Positions 16,928 through 26,371 of a stretch of 61,836 nucleotides of DNA are shown in pieces. The notes beneath the pieces were generated by a model that worked only from the letters and a program-made list of their open reading frames with translations, made no database searches and had not been told where the DNA came from. The position numbers and the translations under genes were made by a program. The stretch's first letter is position 1; every line of letters starts with the position of its first letter. The DNA is from an uncultured Bacilli bacterium (GTDB lineage: Bacteria > Bacillota_I > Bacilli_A > RF39 > UBA660): positions 1 through 61,836 of the forward strand of contig CANRDE010000003.1 in the NCBI GenBank assembly GCA_947629325.1, written 5' to 3'.

Positions 16928-18400
16928 ATGAAAAAAATAATATTGTTTTTTGTCACTTTTTTTAGTTTAGTAAATTTTGTTAATGCTGCTTCTTTATTTA
17001 CAGAAGATATTCCTTATTATGTTAAAATTCATAAGCCCGGGGAAAATGACATTATATTAAATGTAAAAAAAATATATAATCAAAAAAATGAAGTAGTATT
17101 TAATGTTGATTTCGAACATTATGATGTTGGGGAAAATTTTACTGTTTTAACAGAATATAATAAAAAAACTTGGTTAATTTCTGAATTACCTTTTTTAAAT
17201 ACAGCCATATATTTTGGCTATAATCAAGATCCTAATGATTTACATTATTTTTTAACGCAAGTTTTTATCTGGAATAATATTACCAATTATAAAGCAGTTA
17301 TTACTGATGCTATGGGTAATGAAATTACTACATACCAAAAAGAATATAATAAAATATTTAATGATATATATAATTATCTAACTATATCATCTATTTTTTT
17401 AACTAATCATACTACTGAGATTTGGACTACTAATAAATTTGAATATAATTATGGTGTACCTGTTTTAGATAATCCGCTGGTAGAAGGATTAAATATATAT
17501 AATGAAAATAGAAATATAATTATAGAAAATGAAAAAGTAGGAAAATATACTTTAGATTTTACTAAAGATATGGATCAAGAAAATTATTGTTATACAGACG
17601 GAACTAATGTTTATATTCAAAATTTAAAAGGTCCTAAAGATTTAAAATTTACCATGAATTATACTGTTAAGGGAACAAAGCTTGTTATAGAAGAAAATTT
17701 ACAAGGGGTAAAAAATCGTTTTGGGGATGCTAAAATTAATAACAAATATGAAATATATTTAGATGATGAGTTAAAATTGATAACAAATGAAAAAGAAAAT
17801 TATGTTAAAAGTAATAGTAGTTATTTATTAAAAGATGCGTCGTTAAATATAGGATTTAAAGATATAAATGATGTTTATTTTAAAGTACAAGAAGAAGAGA
17901 CGAAAATAAATCTAGAAAGGGAAGTTATAAGCAAAAATGTATTAGTTCATTTAAACGATTTACAAAAATATTATTTTTATTTAAAAAGTAATAATGAATT
18001 ATATGAAGTGGTGGAATCTGAAAATAATAATATTACATTACCATATGGAATATATTATATTAAAACAGAAGATAACCTATTTTATCAAGAATTTGTGGTT
18101 GCTGATGATATTGATGAAATATTAGAAATAAATACTCCTGATACAAATGAAGTATTAGAAGAAAATGAACAACAAAAATTAGATAAAGATCAAAATTCTA
18201 TCGAAGAACTAGCAGAAAACACCGAAACTGAATCTTTTTTAGAAACGGCAAGTGGAGAAACGGAAGAAGATTATTCGGAAGAAACAGAAATTGTTAATCC
18301 TCAAACTCATGATAATATATATTCTCATTTTATGCACTTCTTTATTAGTGGTATTTTTCTTTTAATACTGAAATTAAGAAATAAGAAGTTCTTATATTAA
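16928..18400 (+). CDS. secreted adhesin-like surface protein (TQXA/thioester-domain-like N-terminus; C-terminal sorting-signal-like anchor)
   Basis: Signal peptide ...VNFVNA/AS. IYFGYNQDPNDLHYFLTQVFIWNNIT resembles the TQxA(I/V)W block of thioester domains. An acidic stalk is followed by NPQTH, a hydrophobic stretch and KLRNKK. Confidence 0.65.
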   Translation: MKKIILFFVTFFSLVNFVNAASLFTEDIPYYVKIHKPGENDIILNVKKIYNQKNEVVFNVDFEHYDVGENFTVLTEYNKKTWLISELPFLNTAIYFGYNQDPNDLHYFLTQVFIWNNITNYKAVITDAMGNEITTYQKEYNKIFNDIYNYLTISSIFLTNHTTEIWTTNKFEYNYGVPVLDNPLVEGLNIYNENRNIIIENEKVGKYTLDFTKDMDQENYCYTDGTNVYIQNLKGPKDLKFTMNYTVKGTKLVIEENLQGVKNRFGDAKINNKYEIYLDDELKLITNEKENYVKSNSSYLLKDASLNIGFKDINDVYFKVQEEETKINLEREVISKNVLVHLNDLQKYYFYLKSNNELYEVVESENNNITLPYGIYYIKTEDNLFYQEFVVADDIDEILEINTPDTNEVLEENEQQKLDKDQNSIEELAENTETESFLETASGETEEDYSEETEIVNPQTHDNIYSHFMHFFISGIFLLILKLRNKKFLY

Positions 18401-18414
18401 GAATTTCTTTTTTT
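18384..18414 (+). terminator. intrinsic terminator overlapping the adhesin stop codon
   Basis: Stem AGAAGTTCTTA / TAAGAATTTCT (one G-U pair) followed by 6 T. Confidence 0.6.
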
Positions 18415-18455
18415 AGTCTAAAAATTAATTTAACATTATAATCTAAAAACAATGT

Positions 18456-18483
18456 TTGCTTATTTTAAAATATTTGCTATAAT
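18456..18483 (+). promoter_or_regulatory. extended -10 sigmaA promoter of the paralog pair and dnaG-sigA operon
   Basis: TTGCTT (18456-18461), 16-nt spacer ending in TG (18475-18476), TATAAT (18478-18483). Confidence 0.45.
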
Positions 18484-18507
18484 AATGCGCAAAGCGGGTA
18501 ATTAAAA

Positions 18508-19212
18508 ATGAAAAATAGGATATTAGTTCAAAAAATGGAACAAATTGATACTAATTTATGTAAAACATATGATGAAGCATTTTATGCCGATAAAATTTCT
18601 GAATATAAATCAATACTATTGTATCAAAAGCTTTTCTATTTAGAAGCAATGATAGATGTTATTAAAGATAAAGTAAAAAATGAAAGAAATTTTTGGAACA
18701 AAATTATGCCCATATTAGAGATTTTAAAAATTCCTGTATTTACAATAGGGGTAATAACTAGCATTTTATCTTCGCCTTATTGGCTTGTGCTTATATTGGG
18801 AGAAGTGATAGTAGGGATTTTAGCCTCTAAGGGATATCAAAATTCTAATAAAAATGTAGAATATTTTTCCTTAAAAATAGATGGGTTAATTAATATGCTG
18901 GAAAACACTGATAATATAATAATTAGTAAAAAAGAGCGGGAAGTACCAGAATTAGAAAGGCCATTATCAGAAGCCATAACCCCAACTCCAACCTTAGAAG
19001 CGCAATTATTTCTTAATAATTTTTTGTTGGCTGGTCAAAAAGGAGAGCTTTCTATACAAGCCGAAGAAAAAGTAGTTAGAATGCTACAGGAAGAATTTCA
19101 TACTTCAGAAAGTGACCTTGATGTATTGTTAATGATGAGCAAAAAAAAGATGAGTGAATCTATTCTACAAAATACCGAAGGGCTCACTTTACGAAGGAGA
19201 AAATTTAAATGA
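18508..19212 (+). CDS. hypothetical 2-TM membrane protein, paralog A
   Basis: 234-aa protein with a helical N-terminus, a TM hairpin (IPVFTIGVITSILSSPYWLVLILGEVIVGILA) and a C-terminal block VVRMLQEEFHTSESDLDVLLMMSKK that recurs in the next gene. Confidence 0.7.
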   Translation: MKNRILVQKMEQIDTNLCKTYDEAFYADKISEYKSILLYQKLFYLEAMIDVIKDKVKNERNFWNKIMPILEILKIPVFTIGVITSILSSPYWLVLILGEVIVGILASKGYQNSNKNVEYFSLKIDGLINMLENTDNIIISKKEREVPELERPLSEAITPTPTLEAQLFLNNFLLAGQKGELSIQAEEKVVRMLQEEFHTSESDLDVLLMMSKKKMSESILQNTEGLTLRRRKFK

Positions 19213-19964
19213 AATTAGGAAAAATTAGTGATTTAATTCAAGAACTACGTACAACCCAAAATGACTTTGAAATATTATTTGATAAATTGGCTGATTCAAA
19301 AGAAATTGATTGGCGGGAAATTCTTGATAAAGAATCAGAATGTTTACTACTTAGTGAAAAAAGCCAAAGTATAATAAATCAAATACTTTTCTTTGTAATG
19401 TTAAAATATAAACAAGACGGTAAAGATATAAAATTTATCAAAATCTTATTATTAATCCATTTTTTATTACTTTTTTTAGCCTTTGTTTTACCTTTAACTA
19501 GTTTTAGTTTAATTTTTGTGAATGATTTTTTAATGTTAAAGAAAATCAAACAATCACGAAATTGGAGTCAAGAGTTAATTAATATTAACAATGAAGTTGC
19601 TCAAATTATAAATGAAATTAATATTACTCGTGATAATTGTATTTCTTTTTTAGAAGAAAAAAAGGAGCGTAATTTACCAAAAATCTCATATGCTTATGAG
19701 TTAATTGTGGCTTATTTAGAAAAAGGAATTTTTGACTGTGAAGATCCGGAAATTATTTTTTTAGTAATTAAGATGTTACAAGCAAGTTTAAATAGTCAAG
19801 AGAATGATTTATTTACCTTGTTAACAATGCTTAAACAATCAGAAACTCAAAACTTAAATTTAGAGCCAAATGAAGAAACAAAGAACGAAGAATTAAAGAG
19901 CCCAGAAACAAAGAGCAAAGAAAATAATTTAAAAAGAATTTTACAAAGAAAAAAGGAAAATTGA
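19209..19964 (+). CDS. hypothetical 2-TM membrane protein, paralog B
   Basis: ATGA start/stop overlap with paralog A. Same architecture. C-terminal block LVIKMLQASLNSQENDLFTLLTMLKQ aligns with paralog A. Charged Lys/Glu tail. Confidence 0.7.
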   Translation: MKLGKISDLIQELRTTQNDFEILFDKLADSKEIDWREILDKESECLLLSEKSQSIINQILFFVMLKYKQDGKDIKFIKILLLIHFLLLFLAFVLPLTSFSLIFVNDFLMLKKIKQSRNWSQELININNEVAQIINEINITRDNCISFLEEKKERNLPKISYAYELIVAYLEKGIFDCEDPEIIFLVIKMLQASLNSQENDLFTLLTMLKQSETQNLNLEPNEETKNEELKSPETKSKENNLKRILQRKKEN

Positions 19965-20000
19965 TACTAAACGACAAAATATATAAATAGAGGGGAAAAG

Positions 20001-21749
20001 ATGCAAATAATTAATGAAGATAAAATAAATGAAATAAGAAATTCAGCTGATATTGTTAATATAATTTCTGATTATGTTCCGCTTAAAATGCAAGGCAAGA
20101 ATTATTTTGGCATTTGTCCCTTTCATGATGACCATTCACCTAGTATGTCTGTATCAAAAGAACGGCAAATGTTTAAATGTTTTGTATGTAATAAAGGGGG
20201 TAATGTTTTTACTTTTGTTAAAGATTATGAAAATATCAGTTTTATTGAAGCCGTTCAAAAAGTTGCTGATAAAGTAGGAATTCCTTTAGATATTGCCAAA
20301 CCTAAAACAGAGATTAGTAAATTTAAATTAGAGTATGAAATAATGGATTATGCTACTAGTATTTTTCAAAATAATTTAAATAGTAAAGCCGGAAGTGCCG
20401 CTAAAGCTTATTTAGAGAAAAGAAAGATTAATGAGAGCATTATTAAAGAATTTCGAATAGGATATTCATTAAACGAAAAAGATTATTTATTTAATGTTTT
20501 AAATAAGAAACATTATAATATTAATAAATCAGATGAATTAGGACTTATCACTAAAGATGGTTTAGGAGGATATGACAAATTTCAAAACAGAATAATGATT
20601 CCAATAACTAATTTAGATGGCCATGTAGTAGGATTTACCGGGAGAATATTTAACGGAGAAAATAGTGCTAAGTATATAAATACAAAAGAAACAATAATCT
20701 ATAAAAAAGGAAATATTATATTTAACTATTTTAATGCCAAAAAATATATTAAAGAAGAAAATAGCGCTATATTAGTTGAAGGAAACATGGATGCTATAAG
20801 AATGTATTCTAGTGGTATTAGAAACGTTCTTGCTCTGATGGGAACTGCTATCACTAAAGAGCAAATAGAGATATTAAAAAAGTTACGGGTACCAATAATT
20901 TTGATGTTAGATAATGATTCTGCTGGCGAACTAGCTACTTTAAATATAGGTAAAGAATTAGTTAAGGATAATATTGATTGTAAGGTGGTACGATTAAATG
21001 GAGCCAAAGACCCCGACGAGTATATTATTAAGTTTGGGGTGGATGCCTTTAAAGATACCATTAAACATAGTCAAAATTATTTTGACTATAAAATGAATTA
21101 TTTAAAAGAAAATAGAGATTTAAATAATACAGAAGAATTAGTAAATTATATAAAAGCTGTTTTAGATATGATAAAAGACAGCGATAATTTAACTAAAGAT
21201 ATTACTTTAAAAAAGCTTAGTGATGAATATCATATTGATTATGAATTGCTCAAAAAAGAGGTTACCTTTTCAGAAGAAAAAAAGGTAAATAAGATAGTGC
21301 TTTCGCCTGTAAGAAATAAAGATAAATATAAAAATTGTGTTTATAATATCTTATATTATATGATGAATGATGCAAAATATTTAAAAATATTTAATAAAAA
21401 ATTAGGTTATCTTAAAAATGAAGACGAAAGAAATTTAGTAACCGAAATAGAATATTATATAAGTAAATACGGAAAAATTAATTTAGCTGATTTTATATCT
21501 TATGCAGAAAGTTATGATAAAATAAGCGGGTTAGTCCATAATATAATAGAAAGTGTTAATATTGATGAATTAGATGATAAAATTTTTGAGGATTCCATTA
21601 ATGCGCTAGATTATATTTTAAAAAAAGAAAACATTAATGTTTTAAAAGCTAAAATTAATAAATCTACAGATATAAATGAACAAATAGCAGATATTAATAA
21701 ACAGATAGCCATATCTAAAAAAATGATGGAAGTTGAAAAGGAAGTGTAA
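20001..21749 (+). CDS. dnaG: DNA primase
   Basis: Zinc ribbon [25 protein letters not shown] and TOPRIM EGNMDAI...DNDSAG. Confidence 0.95.
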   Translation: MQIINEDKINEIRNSADIVNIISDYVPLKMQGKNYFGICPFHDDHSPSMSVSKERQMFKCFVCNKGGNVFTFVKDYENISFIEAVQKVADKVGIPLDIAKPKTEISKFKLEYEIMDYATSIFQNNLNSKAGSAAKAYLEKRKINESIIKEFRIGYSLNEKDYLFNVLNKKHYNINKSDELGLITKDGLGGYDKFQNRIMIPITNLDGHVVGFTGRIFNGENSAKYINTKETIIYKKGNIIFNYFNAKKYIKEENSAILVEGNMDAIRMYSSGIRNVLALMGTAITKEQIEILKKLRVPIILMLDNDSAGELATLNIGKELVKDNIDCKVVRLNGAKDPDEYIIKFGVDAFKDTIKHSQNYFDYKMNYLKENRDLNNTEELVNYIKAVLDMIKDSDNLTKDITLKKLSDEYHIDYELLKKEVTFSEEKKVNKIVLSPVRNKDKYKNCVYNILYYMMNDAKYLKIFNKKLGYLKNEDERNLVTEIEYYISKYGKINLADFISYAESYDKISGLVHNIIESVNIDELDDKIFEDSINALDYILKKENINVLKAKINKSTDINEQIADINKQIAISKKMMEVEKEV

Positions 21750-21751
21750 TT

Positions 21752-22858
21752 ATGGTAGAAATAAAAACGTTTGAAGAAAGAAAAGAAGAATTAATTCAAA
21801 AAGGACAAGAAAAAGGTTATATTACTTTTGAAGAATTAGCTAAGACATTAAAAGGACTTGATATTGATAGTGATGCTTTAGATGAATTGTATAATTCTTT
21901 TGTGGAAGCCGGAATAAGTGTTATAACAGAAGAAGATGCCGAAGGAGCAGAGGGTAATGGCTTATCCTTAACAGAATTAGAAGAAGAACCAATTATTTTA
22001 GACGATGCGGAAATTACGAAAGATGTAAATATAAACGATCCAGTTCGAATGTATTTGAAAGAGATAGGAAGAATTAGTTTGCTATCTTCTGAAGACGAAA
22101 TGAATATAAGTATTAGAATTGCTGATGGTGATGAAGACGCTAAAAGAATTTTAGCGGAAAGTAATTTGCGTTTAGTTGTTAGTATTGCGAAAAGATATGT
22201 AGGCAGAGGCTTATTATTCTTAGATTTGATTCAAGAAGGTAACATTGGTTTAATGAAAGCTGTAGAGAAATTTGATTATGATAAAGGTTATAAATTTTCT
22301 ACTTATGCTACTTGGTGGATTAGACAAGCGATAACTAGAGCATTAGCGGACCAAGCGCGAACTATTAGGGTACCAGTTCATATGGTAGAAACCATTAATA
22401 AAATGGTTAGAGTTCAACGGCAAATGACTTTGGAATTAAATAGAGAACCTAGTGACGAAGAAATCGCTAAAAAAATGGGCATTTCGGTTGATAAAGTAAG
22501 AGAAGTTATGAAAATAAGCCAAGAACCAGTTTCTTTAGAAACACCTATTGGCGAAGAAGATGATTCTCATTTAGGAGATTTTCTTAAAGATGAAAGTAGT
22601 TTATCTCCTGAAGAATATACAGAAAATGAAATATTAAAAGAAGAAATTAAAGATGTTCTTCAAACTTTACAACCAAGAGAACAAGAAGTATTAGAATTAA
22701 GATTTGGATTAACTGATGGAACTTGTCATACTTTAGAAGATGTTGGTAAAAGGTTTAATGTTACTAGAGAAAGAATAAGACAAATTGAAGCTAAAGCTTT
22801 AAGAAAATTAAGACATCCATCTAGAGCGAAAAAGCTAAGAGATTTTTTAGATAACTAA
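21752..22858 (+). CDS. sigA: primary RNA polymerase sigma factor SigA/RpoD
   Basis: [33 protein letters not shown] and [29 protein letters not shown]. Confidence 0.97.
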   Translation: MVEIKTFEERKEELIQKGQEKGYITFEELAKTLKGLDIDSDALDELYNSFVEAGISVITEEDAEGAEGNGLSLTELEEEPIILDDAEITKDVNINDPVRMYLKEIGRISLLSSEDEMNISIRIADGDEDAKRILAESNLRLVVSIAKRYVGRGLLFLDLIQEGNIGLMKAVEKFDYDKGYKFSTYATWWIRQAITRALADQARTIRVPVHMVETINKMVRVQRQMTLELNREPSDEEIAKKMGISVDKVREVMKISQEPVSLETPIGEEDDSHLGDFLKDESSLSPEEYTENEILKEEIKDVLQTLQPREQEVLELRFGLTDGTCHTLEDVGKRFNVTRERIRQIEAKALRKLRHPSRAKKLRDFLDN

Positions 22859-23478
22859 TGTATAGTGAACGAATTAAAATAATTGCTTCTGAAATTTCCG
22901 AAAATGATAGAGTAGTTGATGTAGGCTGTGATCATGGTTATTTAAGTTTATATTTAAAGCAAAATAAATTATGTGCAGAAATATTTGCAAGTGATATAAA
23001 AGAATCAGCTCTAAATATGGCTAAAACTAATTTTAAAAAATATAATGTTAAAATAAAAACCATTTTAAGCGATGGTTTTGAGAATATAAAAGAAGATTAT
23101 AATACGGCAGTAATAGCCGGGATGGGCACAAGCACTATTTTAAAAATAATATCACATCCTAAGACACCAGATAAATTAGTTTTAGCGAGTAATAATGATT
23201 ATTACAAACTACGTTTAAATTTAAATAAAAGGGGATATAAAATTGTAGATGAAAAAGCGGTTTGGGAGAAAAATCATTATTACATAATATTATTATGCAT
23301 TAAGGGAAAACAAAAATTAAAATTGAAAGAATTATTATTTGGAATTAGCAATGATGATGATTATTACAAATATCTTTGGAAGAAAAATAAAGAATTAATA
23401 AAGAAAGTGCCAATTCGAAAAAAAATTAAACTATTTTACGAAATGTTTTTATTAAAAGGTCTTATTGAAAAAAAGTAG
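22858..23478 (+). CDS. trmK: tRNA (adenine22-N1)-methyltransferase TrmK (YqfN-like)
   Basis: VVDVGCDHGYLSLYL SAM-binding start and ...AVIAGMGTSTI. Position directly after sigA as in B. subtilis. Confidence 0.8.
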   Translation: MYSERIKIIASEISENDRVVDVGCDHGYLSLYLKQNKLCAEIFASDIKESALNMAKTNFKKYNVKIKTILSDGFENIKEDYNTAVIAGMGTSTILKIISHPKTPDKLVLASNNDYYKLRLNLNKRGYKIVDEKAVWEKNHYYIILLCIKGKQKLKLKELLFGISNDDDYYKYLWKKNKELIKKVPIRKKIKLFYEMFLLKGLIEKK

Positions 23479-23752
23479 GGCCTTTTTGATTGCCTACGTT
23501 GGGATTATTTAAAGATACATTAATTTTATCTTTTAATGGTTTTAAATTTTTTTCCGTGTTATTTAATACTCTAGTAGTAGCTTTATTGCCAAATTCTTTC
23601 ATTAAAGCAAAAGCGGATTTAGCATTATCTATCATCGGTTTAGCTTCTTTATAAATGGGAATGATTTGATTTACTACTCCTAAAGTTTTGGATATTCCTC
23701 CTACAACTCGCCCTAAAGAAAGTCCGGAAAAAATTGATCTAGGTCCAAACAT
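23462..23752 (-). CDS. hypothetical small protein (possibly YqfQ-like; weak recollection)
   Basis: 96-aa ORF with SD AGGTGA 7 nt upstream. Gly-rich N-terminus (FSGLSLGRVVGGISKTLG) and ...IIPIYKEAKPMIDNAKSAFALMKEF. Its 3' end overlaps the trmK 3' end by 17 nt. Confidence 0.55.
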   Translation of the reverse strand: MFGPRSIFSGLSLGRVVGGISKTLGVVNQIIPIYKEAKPMIDNAKSAFALMKEFGNKATTRVLNNTEKNLKPLKDKINVSLNNPNVGNQKGPTFFQ

Positions 23753-23789
23753 TTATACTTCACCTAATATATTTTATGCTTTTAAGGAC

Positions 23790-23818
23790 TAGAAACACAC
23801 CATTAATTATGCTATAAT
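23790..23818 (+). promoter_or_regulatory. extended -10 promoter of pilC-pilD
   Basis: TAGAAA (23790-23795), 17-nt spacer ending in TG (23810-23811), TATAAT (23813-23818). Confidence 0.45.
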
Positions 23819-23845
23819 TTAGAAAATAATAGTAAGGAGCGCTTT

Positions 23846-25414
23846 ATGAGTGATGTTGTTAGAAAAGATAAAAAAAACTTATTATTAATTTTAAGTGACT
23901 TTTTTAAGAATATTATCCTTGTTATTATTTCTATTTTTTTCTATGCCTTCATTGGATTAAAAGCATGTACATATGATTTGTTTGTAAATTTATATAATGC
24001 TTTTAGTTGGAAATTAGATAAAGCTTATCGTCATACTAAGGAAGTTTTAACTAAAAATATTGTAATTGAACCAGAAAAACCTAAAAAAGATAAAGTTTAT
24101 AATTATAGTGCTAAAACTTTAGCCAAATTAGAGCAAGATTATCAAGAATTAGTACGAGATTTGCAAAGCTCAGGGGCTACTCGAAGTAAAGAAAGTAATG
24201 TATATTATTTTAAGGTTCGAGATAAGAGAGGTAAAATTATTACTGGAACTATGAATGGGTTATCAAAACTTGATATAAATGCTTTTTTAGTTAATGAAGG
24301 TTATTCCGTTTATAGTATAAAAACTAGTCCTTTAATTAATTTCCTTTTTAAAGAATCATCAATTGGCGCCCCCAAAATGTCTAATAAAGAATTAATTTTT
24401 TGGCTAACTCAATTATCTACATATTTAAAAGCAGGAATTACCTTAAATGATGCAATTAAATTGTTATCTAAACAAGTTTCATCTAAAAAAAGTAAAATAA
24501 GAGCTTTTCAATCTATTTCATATGAACTAGTACTAGGTTCATCTTTTTCAGTAGCTCTAGAGAAACAAGGCAAAATGTTTCCAGCCCTTCTTATTAATAT
24601 GATTAAAGCTGCTGAAGCCAGTGGAACTTTAATTGAAACATTAGAGGATATGGCCAACTATTATACGGAAATTGATGACACTCATAAACAAATGCGAAGC
24701 GCCATGACTTATCCCACAATTATTAGTATTTTTGCTATCGCGGTAATTGTTTTTATCTTGGTATTCATAATTCCTAAATTTATAGATATATATAGTGATA
24801 ATGGCATTGAATTAAGTGGTATCAGTGCTGTCGTTATTAACATTAGTTTATTTTTAAAAGATAACATATTTAGTATTTTAAGTTTAATAATATTCCTAAT
24901 TATTTGTTTTGTTGTAGCATATAAAAATATTAAAGCTTTTAGAAGATCAGTTCAAATTATTCTAATGCATTTACCAGTTATCAAAAATGTTATCATTTAT
25001 AATGAGCTGACTATATTTACTAAAACATTTTCATCTTTATTAAGAAATAATGTATTTATAACTGATAGTATTGATATTTTGAGTAAAATAACTAATAATG
25101 AAATTTATAAATCAATTTTATATAAAACAATAAATAATATTGTTAAAGGGGAAAAAATTTCCGAAGCCTTTAAAGATCACTGGGCTATTCCTGAAGTTGC
25201 TTATTTTATGATAGTAACAGGAGAATCAACTGGAGAATTAGATTCTATGATGCAAAAGGTAAGTACTTATTATCAAGGCCTTCATAAAAATATTATTAAT
25301 AATCTAAAATCGTTCATTGAGCCTTTATTAATAAGCTTGCTAGCCTTTGTAGTTGGCGGAGTTATAATTGCAGTAGTTATTCCTATGTTTGGAATTTACG
25401 AAAATTTAATGTAA
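23846..25414 (+). CDS. type IV pilus/competence platform protein (PilC/GspF/ComGB family) with an N-terminal TM extension
   Basis: Two GspF repeats (ELIFWLTQLSTYLKAGITLNDAIKLL...; ELTIFTKTFSSLLRNNVFITDSIDIL...) and three TM regions. About 100 extra N-terminal residues include a TM helix. Confidence 0.88.
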   Translation: MSDVVRKDKKNLLLILSDFFKNIILVIISIFFYAFIGLKACTYDLFVNLYNAFSWKLDKAYRHTKEVLTKNIVIEPEKPKKDKVYNYSAKTLAKLEQDYQELVRDLQSSGATRSKESNVYYFKVRDKRGKIITGTMNGLSKLDINAFLVNEGYSVYSIKTSPLINFLFKESSIGAPKMSNKELIFWLTQLSTYLKAGITLNDAIKLLSKQVSSKKSKIRAFQSISYELVLGSSFSVALEKQGKMFPALLINMIKAAEASGTLIETLEDMANYYTEIDDTHKQMRSAMTYPTIISIFAIAVIVFILVFIIPKFIDIYSDNGIELSGISAVVINISLFLKDNIFSILSLIIFLIICFVVAYKNIKAFRRSVQIILMHLPVIKNVIIYNELTIFTKTFSSLLRNNVFITDSIDILSKITNNEIYKSILYKTINNIVKGEKISEAFKDHWAIPEVAYFMIVTGESTGELDSMMQKVSTYYQGLHKNIINNLKSFIEPLLISLLAFVVGGVIIAVVIPMFGIYENLM

Positions 25415-25425
25415 GGAAATGAATT

Positions 25426-26190
25426 ATGGAAATATTAGTTTTTATATTAGGTACAATTTTGGGTTCTTTTTATCTAGTGGTCGGAACTCGTTTACCTTTA
25501 AAAGAAAATATTATTACGGGACGAAGTAGATGTGATTTTTGCCATGAAACACTACATTGGTATGAACTGATTCCCATTCTTTCTTTTTTATTACAAAAAG
25601 GTAAATGCCGCCATTGTAAAAAGAAAATCAGTTTAATACATTTAATAATGGAAATTTGTACAGGCTCTTTATTCTTAGCAGGATATATATACTTAGGGTT
25701 TACGATTAGATATGCGATATATTTAGTCATAGTATCGGTAGCTCTAATTATATTTGTCAGCGATTTGAAATATATGATCATTTTAGATTCGCCTTTGATT
25801 ATTGGCAGTATTTTAGTTATTATTTTAAAATATTTTGAAGTAGGTTTTAAAAATACCGGAATAGCTATTTTCTATGGAGTTCTATTATTATTAATTATGT
25901 TATTAATTAAATTTTTAGGTGACAAATTATTTAAAAAAGAATCTTTAGGAGGTGGCGATATTAAACTTTGCTTTTTAATTGGTCTTACAATCGGCTATCC
26001 CCAAATAGGTTTTAGACTTGGCTTAATTTGCTTAATATTTGCTTCCTTTTTGGCATTACCTTATGCTTTATTATCAGTTTATTTAAATAAAAAAAATGAA
26101 CTTCCTTATGGTCCATTTTTAATATCTGCAATGATTATTATTTTTGTTTTTATTGAAAAATTTTCTCATTTAACTATTTTGTTTTCTTAA
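25426..26190 (+). CDS. prepilin peptidase (A24, PilD/ComC)
   Basis: N-terminal CDFC...CRHC zinc-binding motif. GGGDIKL active-site Asp motif. Polytopic. Confidence 0.9.
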   Translation: MEILVFILGTILGSFYLVVGTRLPLKENIITGRSRCDFCHETLHWYELIPILSFLLQKGKCRHCKKKISLIHLIMEICTGSLFLAGYIYLGFTIRYAIYLVIVSVALIIFVSDLKYMIILDSPLIIGSILVIILKYFEVGFKNTGIAIFYGVLLLLIMLLIKFLGDKLFKKESLGGGDIKLCFLIGLTIGYPQIGFRLGLICLIFASFLALPYALLSVYLNKKNELPYGPFLISAMIIIFVFIEKFSHLTILFS

Positions 26191-26282
26191 GAAACCATAT
26201 AAGCTAAAATTGTTGCTATGACACTTAAAATCATTATTATTAACATAATCCATACTAAAATTCTTTTTGTTTTTTTATTCAT
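26187..26282 (-). CDS. unannotated 31-aa hydrophobic peptide (MNKKTKRILVWIMLIIMILSVIATILAYMVS)
   Basis: Hand translation. SD GAGGTGG lies 8 nt before the ATG (plus-strand cat at 26280-26282). One TM helix with a basic N-terminus. Below the ORF-track length cutoff. The stop overlaps the pilD stop by 4 nt. Confidence 0.4.
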   Translation of the reverse strand: MNKKTKRILVWIMLIIMILSVIATILAYMVS

Positions 26283-26371
26283 TAGCTATTCCACCTCAAT
26301 ATATATAAAATATAACATAAATATGGTATTTTTAAAAGTCTTTTTGCATATTCTTAAATGGTGAAAAGAAT

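Noticed and set aside
20074-20277. 67-aa plus-strand alternate-frame ORF within dnaG.
   Set aside because: It overlaps the primase zinc-finger coding region in another frame, with no SD and no conservation expected.
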